From assembly GCA_977018835.1 (NCBI GenBank), contig OZ361256.1, forward strand, positions 3,100,001 through 3,164,000: DNA of 64,000 bases, in the 5' to 3' direction. The position numbers were made by a program, and so were the translations under genes. Below the pieces are notes generated by a model that had not been told where the DNA came from, made no database searches, and worked only from the letters and a program-made list of their open reading frames with translations. The first letter of the stretch is position 1. Each line of letters opens with the position of its first letter. This stretch comes from Minutocellus sp. GHC0000111. Taxonomy: Eukaryota. Positions 36,837 to 49,600 of this stretch are shown piece after piece.

Positions 36837-39488
36837 ATGAGATTCACATCTGCTCTCCTCGTACTGACCGCCACTCTGGCCTCTCATCAGATCGATACGG
36901 CTTCGGCCGCCACCGTCCGCGGCACTCGCAGGAACAATGCCAATGTCAACAAGATGTCTCGTCGTCAGTTGAAGAAGGGTGCCAAGGGTGCCGCCGTGGA
37001 CCCCAGCAATTATGCATTCGGAACTACCACCGCAGGCCCAGCCACTCCGATCGCCGATATTGCCAACATGGCCGGAGGGGATGTCGTTGCCGATCAGCAA
37101 GAATCTTCCGCGAGCAAGACGAAGAAGAGCAAGTCCAGCAAGGAGGTTCAGAATCAGGCCGATGGAGGCGAAGTGCAGGATACCGTCGACCTTGGTATTG
37201 GCAACTACGCCGAGGAGCACCAGAAGCAGGAGGGAGGGGTTGTGGGTGCCGACAGCATCGTCATTGGTGAAGTCGAAGATTCGGCGGGCAATGGCAGCAG
37301 CAGCCCCGTCTTTGGTGACCAATGGTCCGCCTTTAATAATCCAACGGCACAGCCTCCCACCTATCTGCAGGATCGTACTCCTCCTCCCCCGACGGTAGCA
37401 CCGCCTACTCCTGTGCCACCTACAATGGCTCCGCCCACGCCGGTGCCTCCTACAATGAGTCCGCCGACTCCTGTGCCACCCACGCCGGTGCCACCTACAC
37501 CGGTCCCTCCCACGCCGGTGCCTCCTACAATGGCTCCGCCGACTCCTGTGCCACCTACGATGGCACCACCCACGCCGGTGCCACCTACACCGGTCCCTCC
37601 CACGCCGGTGCCTCCTACAATGGCTCCGCCCACGCCGGTGCCACCTACAATGGCTCCACCCACGCCGGTGCCTCCTACACCGGTGCCACCTACGAAGGCC
37701 CCACCAACTCCCGCTCCTGTCACCCCCGCGCCATCTGCCAAGCCAACCTCGGCCCCCGTTGTCCTGGAGATCAACACAAAGGCTACCGAGGAAACACCGG
37801 TACCACCGACTCCTGTGCCGCCAACACCGGTGCCACCGACGAATCCTCCACCAACGGCGTCGCCATCGGCCAAGCCAACGACCGCCGAGCCCACGGTATC
37901 ACCATCGGCCAAGCCGACAACCGCCAGTCCTACTTCGAGTCCGACCTCGTCGAGCCCAACAATGTCGCCTACCAAGCTCGCCAGCGATATGCCGTCCGCA
38001 AAGCCAACGACCGCAAGTCCTACGGCTAGTCCAACGGCCGGACCGACCTCAAGCCCCACGGCCGGACCGACTTCAAGCCCTACCGCTGGACCAACCGCAT
38101 CGCCTACGGCTAGTCCTACACCCGGACCTACTCCTCTGCCGTCTCTTTTCCCTACCTCATCGCCTACTATGAAGTGCGCCGGAGTGATGGTAAGCATAAT
38201 TGATTTTTGAAGAAATGTTATTAATGGTTCTGCATCGTTGATACTGGCTTCGAGCATATCTCTCACTTCTTCCCATCTCACTTGTTTGTTCATGTGAATT
38301 GCGCAGGAAAAATCCCAAGCATGCGGTTCCGACAATGGAAATAAGCCCCAGATTTGCTGCGAGGGATTGGTCTGCGAGGAAGATGGAGTTCACTGCGTTG
38401 AGCCCACCATTGAGGATGTCATTGCCAATATTGTGGAGGAAATGACCCCCACGACGGCATCTCCTTCGGCGTCGCCGGTCTCTCCAACGGCCTCGCCGAG
38501 TGCTGCTCCCGTCCCTCCTACTCCTCTCCCTACAGAGGAGCCCACTGATTCCCCGACGGCAGCACCCTTCCTCAGTGGACGTATGGATATCTGCGCTGGA
38601 AACAATGAACGTGCCGTCACATGCGGTGCTGAAAACTCGGACCGGCCTCACCTTTGCTGCCCCGGCTTTGTGTGCTCGGACAATTCGCAGGGAAAGAAGT
38701 TCGCATGCGTTCCGGCTCCTCCGACTTTCCAACCTACAGCTTCCCCAACCGCCGCCGCACCGGTCGCCGCGACCTCTTCGCCAACCGCATCGCCGACATT
38801 GACTCCTGTAGTTTCGACCGAGGCTCCCGTAGCTCCGGCTATTGAAAACAATGCTGATGTGATCGCAGAAATCGGAGGCGTTGACCCTGTCGTGGTTGTT
38901 GATGCGGAACCAGCTACTCCAGCAGCGCCCGCCGAGCCCGCGGAACCGGCAACTCCAGCTGAACCGGCAACCCCGGAAACTCCTACCGGGCCTGCCACTT
39001 GCGGTATTGAAATCGACACCAAGTGCTTTGTCCATGAGCCGCATCAGGTTGAGGCTGTTGATTGCCGCGCCGTCACTGGTACCGCACACAGCTCTGGAGA
39101 ATTGCTTGATGTGGCCTGGTCCTATACCCTCACCAACACGTGCACGGACGATTGGACCGTCATCGCCCGCCAAAATCTTCAGAGCTGCGAGCTCTGCTTG
39201 GGATCGGGTTTGCAATGTGACAAGGAAGTAGACTTCTTCCAGCCGATGGAAGATAATTGCGCTGTTCTTGATAGTACAGGAAGATATCTCGGTTTCCCTC
39301 CGGGCTGCGCCATCACTGAGAATGTTTTCAATGAGATCAAGGTTGGCAGTGAGAAGGACGGACGGTGCATTTACAACAAGGAGGTCAACCTCCGTGTCAT
39401 CGAGGGCGAGACCACCAAGCCGGTGGCAGTGAAGTATAGCTTTGTTGCACCGATGCCTTTCGATGATGCTCCATCGCCGGGAATCTAA
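36837..39488 (+). CDS. Secreted Pro/Thr-repeat protein with two 6-Cys knottin/CBM1-like modules and the shared Cys-rich C-terminal domain (paralog D); intron 38190-38306
   Basis: Signal peptide [28 protein letters not shown] and ([10 protein letters not shown])n. Modules CAG..CG..CC.G.VC..C occur twice. C-terminal [41 protein letters not shown]. Confidence 0.87.
37385..37710 (+). repeat. Coding minisatellite of 15-bp units encoding [10 protein letters not shown]
   Basis: Repeated cccacgccggtgcca/cctacaatggctccg units. Confidence 0.9.
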
Positions 39489-39685
39489 TCGCTGGAAATC
39501 TGCATGTAGAAAACCGACAGTACAATACATCCAGACAGTACAGTACATCCAAATGGCGCTGGGCCATTTCACAATACCCAGCTGTATCTATATTACTAGA
39601 CAACGACAATATAACGCGATAGAAAAAGAAACATTGAAATCCCCGATATGAATATTAAGATACCTTATGTACATGCGATGTGGTT

Positions 39686-42600
39686 TTAGTTGGACTCCTC
39701 GTTCTTTCTACGATTTTGCATGAACCATTTGAGTGGACTTTGTACTGCCTCCCGAGGTTTTGCCTCCTCGGAGCTGTTGCCGGTATCGCCAGAGCCTGAC
39801 ATTGTTGACCTCGCCGACGCATCGTAGGTCGCGAAAGGATCTAAATTGCCATCATCTTCCTCGTCAAGACCAACCTCATAGAGTTGGTCTTCAAGTAGTG
39901 CGCTGTTATTGCCAGTACCAAAAGTGAAACTTGACCTCTGCTGAAGGTGTTCCCCGCTGTGCGAGAGCGTAGGTACGGAGGACGAAGGTTCATCTTCAGG
40001 ATCTACCAGCAGCGTCTCTTTCGACTCATGTGGCCCACGTACGATAGCTTCGTCCTCAGCATCGGGCACAGCCTGATCAGATTGGAGGACGCTATGATCC
40101 TCGTTAGCTAACGGCACTTTACTCTCGTCAGCCTCCTGGGCGTTGGGGCTGGCCTCATCAGTCGCGGAGAGCTCCTCCACAGGCTCGAGATTATCATCGA
40201 TGGTGATTGACTCGTTGTGGACACTACTCGCATTGCTGTCATCCTTTGCGGTGTCGACAAGCTGACCGCCCCGCGAAGAAACTTGAGTCATCTCTTCGAC
40301 AAGACGTTGGAGGCGGTCTACCTCCTTCTCTTTCTCAGCAAGCTTTTCCTTGACATCGTCTCGCTCGTCGTTGGCCCTGCGACTCTCTAGGTGCGATATG
40401 TCTAGCTCAGCCTTCGCTTGGGCAAGTTGAACTCAGCAAGCTTTTGCAGGTCATCGGTGGTATGAGTAGTGTTGGGCATGCTGTCGGTAATGTCTCCTTT
40501 GGGTTGAGTAACAGTATCGTCTGGAGTGCTTCCATCAGTCTCATCTATTTTGCCAAGGGATGTACTATCTTCATCGCCAGCGGAAATCTTCTTATCTATA
40601 CATTTCATTGGTACGGAAATCATTGACCCATAAAGCTGCTGCCCTGGAACAACAATGCGATCTTTCCAGCCCTTGACAGTCTTGAACGAAAATTTAGTAG
40701 GAAGGGGGGTGGCTGTAGACTCGGGCAACGGATAATCGAAGAACCTTGTGACATTCGCTGGAGGAACCTGTGCAACAAAATGGCCAAGCCTTACCTTCCT
40801 CATTGCATTCCTCTTGATGGAATCTTCGGCCTTGATCCGAGCCACCTTGTTTTTGCTCTTGAAGGCTTTGTTGAGGCTTTTCATCATGGCTTGCTCGTGC
40901 TTGATTCGGTCACCCTCGTCCTCGAAATCAACGTGGGAATTACAGAACAAGTCTACGAGCTTCATGTGCGGACCAAGGCCAAGATGGATCAAAATGCGAA
41001 AGAACCATTGTATGAGCCAAGTCGTTGGCAGTATCGAGAGCAATATGGCTATCGCAAAACTCCCCCCAGTCATAACGGCAGCTGCCGTGTTATTTTCCCA
41101 ACACACAACGCTTTTGGCGAAGCGGGGGAACCAGATCGCCTCATCAATTTTTTGTTGAATAGGAATGAGCATTGCCATTGGATCGATCTGAGGCACCTTT
41201 GCTCCGCCGGAGGCCTTGCTCCTGTCGGCAGCCTCTTCAACCTCGCTGACTCTACGATCCATCTCATTCTTCTTGGAGGCAGCCACCGCATCAAACTCCA
41301 CGCGGCTTTGTCTTGCCTGTTCTAAACCCTCGGCCTCCTTGGCGCCCTCACCAGCCTTGATATGAGAGGCTGATGCCCTGATCTTTCCCTTGGTGAAGGC
41401 ACTAACAAAGTCTGTGATGGGCCGTCCTCGATGCCAAGGCGAAGGATGGTGTGAGCGATTGCCATATGATGCCATCATGCCAAAGGCAACAAACCAGAAG
41501 AATAAGGAGGGCAATAAGTATGGCCGCTCGACGACGTAGCTTCCGCCAATGTAGGCTAGCATGGAGTATAGTGGAAACTTGATCTTGCCAAATGATACTT
41601 GGCCTCTCCAGAAGACAAGTGATTTCGCCGCGTCAATCAGTGTATACTTGGTACTCTGCGCCAAGTCCATCATTTCCTGAGCCTGCGACTTTAGAGCAGC
41701 GACATCGAATCGATCCTCTGGATGCTGGCCGTAGCAGGTGTACTTGACGACCGCCAGGGACTTGCGCTTCTTGACGTTGATGTGCATGGGAGGTATTGGT
41801 TTGATTGCCTGCAGTAGTAGTGCCTTCTCTGTCCCCGGTGGCTGATCGATCGTCAGCCGCAAAGTAATGCTCCCCATGGGAACCCGATCGCTGTAGACTG
41901 GTGAGTTGTACAGATTGTATTTCAGGAGGTAAACGTGGTTCGGACGGAATTGTTGAAGATTGATGGCCACTCGGCCAATGCCACGATGTCCCAGCGGATT
42001 GACGGGGTCGTAGTGGAAGACCCCGACGTACATGGACGATAACGGATGGAGTCGGTTACAGGCAAACGCACGTCGCGTCCATGGCATCCACTGGGGACTA
42101 CAGCAAGACGGGATGGTATCCGTCTGCAAGACTGCATCCTCCATCACGACGCTCACGAATGCAGTGGTCTTTTGTCCTACGACGCCACCCCCCGGGTCGC
42201 AGTTGGGCAGACCGTCGCAATGCAGTATCTCGATCAAGACTTTGCCATGCCGGCCACTTCCCGCCTCGACCCAATTCTTTGATGGGGAGTAGGTTGCGGC
42301 CATAAGTTCTTCCTCTGATAAGAATCTGGTTTTATCCTCGCGTGTAGGATCCGGGCCGGGCTTGACGCGTAGCTTCATCTTGTGTCCGCGACCTCGGCTG
42401 GCACTGAGGGTAAATTTGACGGAGTCCATCACGCCACCGACTGATGCGGCGAGGTTGGCGGCGTCCTCCTCCGTAAGGAGGGCCGAAGTTCTCCTTGCCG
42501 AGGCAGCTGCCGTCCCTGATGCCGATGATTGCTTTCGGGAGCTCCCTCGCCGGCGCTGTGGAGTATCTTTTGCGACAGCTGCCTCTTCGTTTGTAATGTC

Positions 42601-43498
42601 ATCAGCAGTATGCTCTGCACTTGTAGTAGTCATGGCACTGGCTGCAATGCCATAATTGTCTTGAGCAATCACATCCAATCGCCCGGCCTTCAGGTTGGAC
42701 ATGAACCTCACATCATCTGGGGTGGCCCGACGAAACCGCAAGGCGAGCGTTGGGGCATCGTCGTCCACTTGCTTGGTTTCGTCAGCATCGCTACCTTTTG
42801 GCATGTCTCCATCTGCCGTAGCATCCAGCCCATGCTCACTGTCCTCCGACCACGTCAGCATCCCATCTCGGGCCTCGGCGATCAGATCGGTGGCAACGGG
42901 AAACTCCAATCGTTCCTCCGTGCAATATTTGGCGTAGATTTCGTCCACCGATAGTCGCACGGTGCCAATCGACACGGTCTTGCCCGGCACCAGTGCCAAT
43001 CGACACGGTCTTGCCCGGCACCAGCGCCGACTGATCCCGCAATTCCAAAAGCAGCGTTTTCGGTCTTTTGTCGCTGTTGGCGGCAGCATCGGCACTGTCA
43101 CCATCCGAACTTAAATCACCCAGCAGAAACAGGCTGCCGCTCTCCACGGTCCATAAGGGATTGTTGGTGTTGCCAATCACTTCGGTCTTGTGGACCTTTT
43201 CGCCGTCGCAAATGACCTTGATGGAACAGCTGGCCTCGCGTCGGCCCAGCACGCCCGTGGCATTGAGGAGATTGCCACCAACGTTGATGATGGACCCACC
43301 GACGTTGGTCAGGGAGGTGGATACGGTGCCCACGGCCGTCAGAGGATTGAGCAGCTCGGACGGGGTGCGTTGGATTTGGGCACGAGTTGTTGGCGAGGAC
43401 GACGGGCCAGATTGACCTGCCGCGGCTGCGGGGGTCAAATTTGTCGCCCCGACAATTTCCACTAGGATCGGACCTCGGCGTTGGCGTGAGGAGGTCAT
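39686..43498 (-). CDS. Multi-C2-domain transmembrane protein (MCTP-like) with a coiled-coil/acidic tail; broken by a 31-bp duplication at 42962-43023 and a frameshift near 40430
   Basis: C2-like ILVEIVGATNL...VHKTEVIGNTNNPLW; second C2 LIEILHCDGLPN...SPQWMPW..VGVFHYD..IGRVAINL; TM blocks; VVCWEN. The shifted frame QLAQAKAELDISHLE...EEMTQV runs into the 39686-40291 ORF. Confidence 0.8.
42962..43023. repeat. Exact 31-bp tandem duplication inside the C2-protein coding region
   Basis: gtgccaatcgacacggtcttgcccggcacca occurs at 42962-42992 and 42993-43023. Confidence 0.97.
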
Positions 43499-44174
43499 GT
43501 TTGCTATCGGTCAGGACTGCCGCAAGTAGTACGCGCGCGGCCGTGGAGATCTTATCCAAGACAACTAACTGACTCGCTACATGTACTTTCTCGACTTGAC
43601 TTTTTCTTTCGCTCAGACCCTTCGCTTCTCCTCGCCCGTTTCCAACCTCACCAACGGCTGAAGTCAAAAATATGCCAAAGAATAGAAGGGATGGGATGGA
43701 AGTGAATAAATAATGGAGAGGGATTGACTGCACTGGTCCCAGTCCGGTCTCTTGTCCTCTCTTCTTCTCCAATCTTCTGGAAGATTCGTGCCGTGCGCGA
43801 AGTGCAAAATGACCGAGACATCGCGTCACTGACTGACGAAGGACAGACTTGTCCTCATTACATACACTCCTCAATCGATTTTTCCCCTTCAATTAGCCTC
43901 AACTATTATAAAGAGGAGTAATCTACAGTAATGCCCTCCCTTGCTTCGCTGAGGTGGTGACCATGGCATTGCTCCAGTCAAGCGGCGGCAGCTTTTACCG
44001 TCCACGTGTGCCGTCTCGCTTCCTCGGGTCCCCCGCTCCGTGATCTGAAAGCATATTTACTCACCCGGCTTCATTTCAGGCGTGTATTTCCATTTTTTGC
44101 CTGAAAGGCACATCTTGAACCGCCAGCCGCACGCCCTCACTCGACCAGCACACAACGCAACAAACCAAGACAAA

Positions 44175-47104
44175 ATGATCTCCGGCCTCTACTCCACCCT
44201 CCGGGCCATCCTCACCACGCCCCTCACCACCTCCACCACGGCCATTTCGCAAGATTCCTACCTGTCCACATTCCAGCACGAAGACCTCATCTGCGCCCTG
44301 GCCGTTTCCTTCTGCCGCTACACGGTCCCCTCCACGAAGAAGGAGCCGCAGTGGTGCCGTCTCCTCCTGGGCGCCGTTTTGGGCTACATGGCCCTCTGCG
44401 GATACAGCTACACCACCATATGCATCGTGCAGCTTTGGAGCTATCTGGCCGTCGTGGTGATCGAGTACGGTCTTGCGCCATGCCGAAGGAGGTTGCTGGG
44501 GGCAATTGATGGCAGTAGCAGTAGCGACAAGCGAAAGGTAGTGCTGGCCAAGTTTGGCTCCAAGTCATTGGACTCCACCGACCTCCTCCTCCTCCCGCCG
44601 TTGTTCCTGCTATTGGCATTACTGTCTCACGTAACCTGCGCGTCGTTCGCTACTGGATCGGCCCAAAGCGTACTGCGCACCCTCACCCCACAGGCAGTGC
44701 TGGACTTGTTCGATTATCTCTTCCCCATATCGGAGCTGTATCGGAGTTACGACCTCGTGGCGGCCTTTATGGACCCGACGATATTGAACGCCAGGATCTA
44801 CTATCTGTTGTTTGTGACGTTCAATGTGCAGGTGGGTATGGGATATTTGGGCATTGGATTTCTCAAAGAAGAGCAGATGAGACGGAACCAGCTTGTGAGG
44901 ATGGAGATTATTGAAAAGGATGCCGAGGATGAAGACCGAGCCGTTGCCAGCAAGAAGGTCAAGGTTGACGATGACGAGGTGGAAGAGGATGAGGAACCCC
45001 TCATGGCATCGCAGGAACAAAACAGCAACGGCGTCGCTGGGCGAACGCGCTCAGCGAGAAGACGTACGGCGGCAACCCCCAGCCGTTCCAAGAGCAGATC
45101 TCGGTCCAAGTCTCGCACTCGTTCGGCGTCTGCCAAATCATCACCTGTACCCACAACAACCTCGGCCACCGACGAGATCCGCAACAAGCAGCTGAAGGCC
45201 GCCACGTCCTTCCGCCGATCGGCGGCGCCCTTCATCTTCTTTGCCGTCCTCCCGTACATGTTCCAAATCATCTTTTACGGCAACATGAACATGTATGTGT
45301 TCCACTGCGTGAGGGACGACGTTCATCGAGAGGTCCGCATCAATGGTGTCTTTGGGCACGACGCTCATCTGGTGGCGATGGCCGAGAATTCTGCCATGGG
45401 ACCCGGTGCCTTTGCCGTCAGCATGGACACCGTGGTTTCCACCACCTACGACATTTTCAATCGCAAGCTCTTTTCGTTGCCGAAGCTCATGCTTCTGCCG
45501 GGTGTGGTGATGAGGCAGCCTATGCTACTCGTACAGATCTTTCCGTTTGTCTTCTTTACCGACTTTATCAAGGCGCGACTCGTGGCATTCGTCACCACCA
45601 CGGTGGAAAATCTTGAAAAGGAGGCCAAGGATATCAAGGCCATCCGGCAAAAGGTTGAGGCATTCGATATGAAGAATGCCGAGCTGCTGCAGCGGTCGGG
45701 ATTTGGAGCTACGGAGTTCACCATGAAGCGGTGGGAGGAGCTGACCATCCAGCATCAGGACAAGAAGATTGCCAGCGAGCTGTTGAAGCGTTCGCGCACA
45801 TTCTTTCAGTGGCTCCAGCGAAATTTCATCTTTGTGGCCCTGATCGACTGTGCCCTTGCACAGCTTATTGCCGTCGGGCGGATCGTTTCAGCAGAAATCT
45901 TCGTATTTTCCCGCGCCATTGAAGATACGGTCGATCTATTGCTCATGCGAAGCCGCGCGGAGAGTGAGCTTGCGACCATGATAACGGAAATCGATAAATT
46001 GCAAGAACTGGCCGATGTTTGGGAGACCAGCCAAGAAAGGAGCCTTTTGCCGTGCGTCGTGGACGAGGCATCTGGTGCGAGCAACGGCGTTGTTTTGGAG
46101 AATGTCATGTACAGCCGAGGAACTGCCCTGGTGAGGGTCGAGCACATGGAGATCCCACCGGGTATTTATGCAGGTAAGCTCTCGGCTTTTGCGACTTTAT
46201 TAACAGCATCGCTTTCTATAACATACGGTGTGTTTATCTCACGCCTATCATTGCATTTTTCTCTCTTTCCTTCTTCTTAGTGACCGGTGCAAACGGTTCC
46301 GGCAAATCCACGCTTTTCCGCGTCCTCATGAGCTGTCAGAGCAATGATAAGCCCATTGATCTGCCACCAAGCATCGTCATGGAAACCCCCAAGGCAGATT
46401 TTATCGATAGCGATCTTTCTGACGACACCTGCACGGTGCACGACGGATGCGATGCCAGCGGCGGAGAGGAGGTACCAATAATGAAGGTTGCAATGCCTTC
46501 CGCCGACGTGGCTGAGATATCTCAAAACTTTTACTGGCCTTTGTACACCAAGCCCATAGATTGGATCTACCAAGAGCATTTGACTGATTGTGATAAGGAA
46601 GAACGCGAAAAGAGATTGAACCGGGTAACCGACGAACTCATGGAGCTAGCCTTTAGCCAAATTGCTGAGGACCCGAATGCCCTCGCCACTGCCAGTACGA
46701 ACAAGACAGCGGCAGCCCTGGACAAGGCCGCCGCCCGGGCAAAACTTTTCTCAGATTTGCAAGAAGAAAAAGAGGACTGGTTCGGGGACCTTTCGGGAGG
46801 TCAAAAGAGCAAAGTGGAACTGGTTCGCAAGGTTTTCCTTCACGATGCTTGTCCCAAGGTCCTCTTGATCGACGAGACGATGGCTCCACTTGACCCCGCA
46901 AGTAAGAGCCTTGTCATGGGCAAGCTCAAGTCCTTCTGTCGCGACTCGGTTGTTCTCGTAATCTACCATACCGATGTAGGGCGCTCTGTATCCGGTGGGG
47001 ACGGGGAGGAGCAAGTAGAAATCGAGTGTGTGCCGAGCAATAACTTCTTCCACCATAACCTTCACGTTGAAAACCGGATGTTGACTAGAAGGTCGGTGTG
47101 TTAA
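44175..47104 (+). CDS. ABC half-transporter-like protein (TM region + nucleotide-binding domain); exons 44175-46173 and 46281-47104
   Basis: Splicing gives YAV-TGANGSGKST (Walker A), then LSGGQ signature, VLLIDE Walker B, APLD D-loop and IYH H-loop. Many N-terminal TM segments. Confidence 0.88.
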
Positions 47105-47176
47105 AGATAGATATAGATGATGCTGATAGCAATGCTTAAAAAATTGAGAACCCTACTCTACAGGGTAGGGATTTGT

Positions 47177-48919
47177 TTAAACAGACATGAGCGAGTCGGC
47201 CTGTTGCTGGATACTGTTGGCAAGCAACTCTACAAAATCGGCTTGGAGTGAGTGCTCCCTGCAAAAGGCTGCGGCAACTTATGATGGAACGTCTCCTTCA
47301 TGAAAGGTGATGATGGTTGGCTCGTCACCGTCATCGCTTCCTGTAAGCTCAACATTCATACGAAAGAGAATAGATCGCTCGCCAGAACCATTGGGATGAT
47401 TTGCATTCGACTCTGGTGGGTCATTTCTATTGTCAGGAGCGCTTGCCTCCATCATACTAGCCTCTCTGGCATCGACCCTCCTTCTAATGTGGTCTTCCTG
47501 GTTAGGCCCATTTTCATCATGCAGATTCTCCCCTTCAAAACCACCACCCATTTGCAACCAACGCTCAGATAGTATTCTTGGCGTCCATGGAGGAGAATGG
47601 AAACCAGCGTATTGACCCGGATCGGCCACTGTAGCAGCAGTGAAAATGCTCTTTGATGACCTAGTATTTCCTACGTCGCGAAAATATGGCTTGCCGTAGG
47701 CGAGATACAACACGGGTCTGTCGGTGAATGGCATGATATTTGCCAGCCCACGGTGCTTGACACGATAATAAAATAGAACCGCGTCGCCTCGGCGACAAGT
47801 GAGCGCAAAGGTTCCGCCATCGGGAGAGTCGAATTTTCCAAGGATGTGACTTCCCGCTTGTACCTCAGTTGGACCAATGTTACGATCGGGAAGGTCAATT
47901 AGAGGATAAAATACATTGATGCAGTGCGGGGGTAGATGAACATGGTCAAACAAATGTCCTCCATCGCCGTGCCATTTCTGGTGGTGAGAGTTTCCTGGAG
48001 TCTGATCACGCATGCCCCACATTACCCCGGCATAAAGCAGGTTGACATCGCCTCCGCCCAATAGCTCTTTGACCAAAGGGTAAACGATTGGATTGTATAT
48101 AATGCCGTCACATTTGTAGGGAGAATCGGAACCAAAATAGAAACGAACATCGCGACGTCCACCATCGCGATCCAATATCTCTCGGAAGTCAACGTTGACA
48201 CTGGTAGCAAGGAGGTTCGCATCCGAGGCGGCGATGGCGTGCCGTTTGACCTCGCCGACGGTATTGGAAAGAAATTTCAGGTCCGATTGCGCCACCTTGT
48301 AGCAGTATTCGACCGCAGCCTTCGGAAGGACGGAGGGGATGATCGCACAACCGGACGATAGAAACGTGCGGACGGCATGTCCAAACGACGGAGAGGGAAA
48401 TGTTTGCGAACGCGCTTCTTTATCATCATCGTCGCCAACAGGTGGAGCCGCATCTTTATCACCGCCATCACCGCCATCATCATTGTCGTTGTCATCTTCT
48501 GGAGCCTTGCGCTTGCGTCTACTAGTAAGCCACGGAGGCGGTGCAAGGTTGGCACCGAAAGTTGGCAAAGTACATGTAGGCGCGTCGGGTGGGCCAGGCA
48601 CGCACTCGATCCACGTCGCCCAGGCGGGCCCGCCGCTTCTTCCTTCCGCATCGGTAGGGCCGACGATGCAGTCTTCCACCGTCCGGGCAGGCCTCGTTTG
48701 TGCCATGTCCGCCAAGCACTCGCGTAGAATGGATCCATTGGGACCCATGCGAATAAATCCCGAGCCCGATTCCTCGCAATCATCCCCCAGAAGATCGTCG
48801 TCGTCATGTGTTTTGTGCGTGTCATTATTAGTTGTAGGCGCACCATTGCTACTACCGGTAGTAGTATTGTCGGCCTCATTGTGACAGCCGTCGCAGTCGA
48901 TGGAGCATACACGCGACAT
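47177..48919 (-). CDS. PhyH-type 2-oxoglutarate/Fe(II) dioxygenase with a short C-terminal PFU-like module; in-frame TAA at 47279-47281
   Basis: QKWHGD (HxD), INVFYPLID, GPTEVQAGSH, GDAVLF..RVKHRGLAN and RPVLYLAY. The frame continues past the TAA: ITFHEGDVPS*VAAAFCREHSL...MSV* at 47177. Confidence 0.85.
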
Positions 48920-49429
48920 ATTTTGTTTGGCTTACTTGCTAGAGCATTGGAGCAGTTCATTGGTGTGGCTGTGGGGTTGATGCGGACTCGGCGGGGCGAC
49001 TGACCGTGCGCGCGATTGCTGACTTCAGTTATCTGGCTAGCTAGCTAGTAGAGTAGTGTCTATTGCACACAAGCAAGATAGCTGCTAAGCTGCCTGCCGG
49101 TGTTATTGTGTGAGAGTTCAGCTGCTCTTAAGTTGGAAACTAAATCTACTTGTTGCGCTGTGGAATTCCAACTGCTTGGTTGGCGGTAAAAATCTAGCCA
49201 TTCATTCATTGTGCGTGCAAGTGGCTGCGACGATCCCACTTGCACGACGTAGGTCTAGTAGAGTGTGTCTGCGATCAGATTTATTTACTGGCCGGATGCA
49301 TCGCTGCGCGAAGTCAAAGAGTGGCGCCGAGCCGAGATGAAAAGAAAGCAGGAAGGCGGCCGAAGGTTAAAAAAAAACAAGCGGCCGGACAGCAGGACGC
49401 GACACGATCTTTCAAAAAAGAAAAAAGAG

Positions 49430-49512
49430 GGAAAAGAAAGAAGTACCTAGGTACGCCGACTCTGAAGTACCTAGGCCTACGAGTTCGTAGGTACATGTAC
49501 CTAGGTACACTC
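49430..49512. repeat. Cluster of short palindromes (GTACCTAGGTAC x2, AGGTACATGTACCT, TAGGCCTA)
   Basis: aagtacctaggtac..aagtacctaggcctac..gtaggtacatgtacctaggtac, directly upstream of the MYND/Sel1 gene. Confidence 0.8.
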
Positions 49513-49600
49513 TCCGTGATGTAGTAGCGTACACGCCCTCAATGAATGGGCGGTGGAGGGCCCGGGTACAGGACAGATTCCCAAACGCTGTAGCTACATC

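Noticed and set aside
37385..37710. CRISPR-like array (also the repeats at 14513, 42962 and 61450)
   Set aside because: No unique spacers and no cas genes; these are coding minisatellites or two-copy duplications.
43116..43892. 258-aa minus ORF overlapping the C2 gene start
   Set aside because: Non-ATG start, out of frame with the C2 motifs, and no recognisable features.
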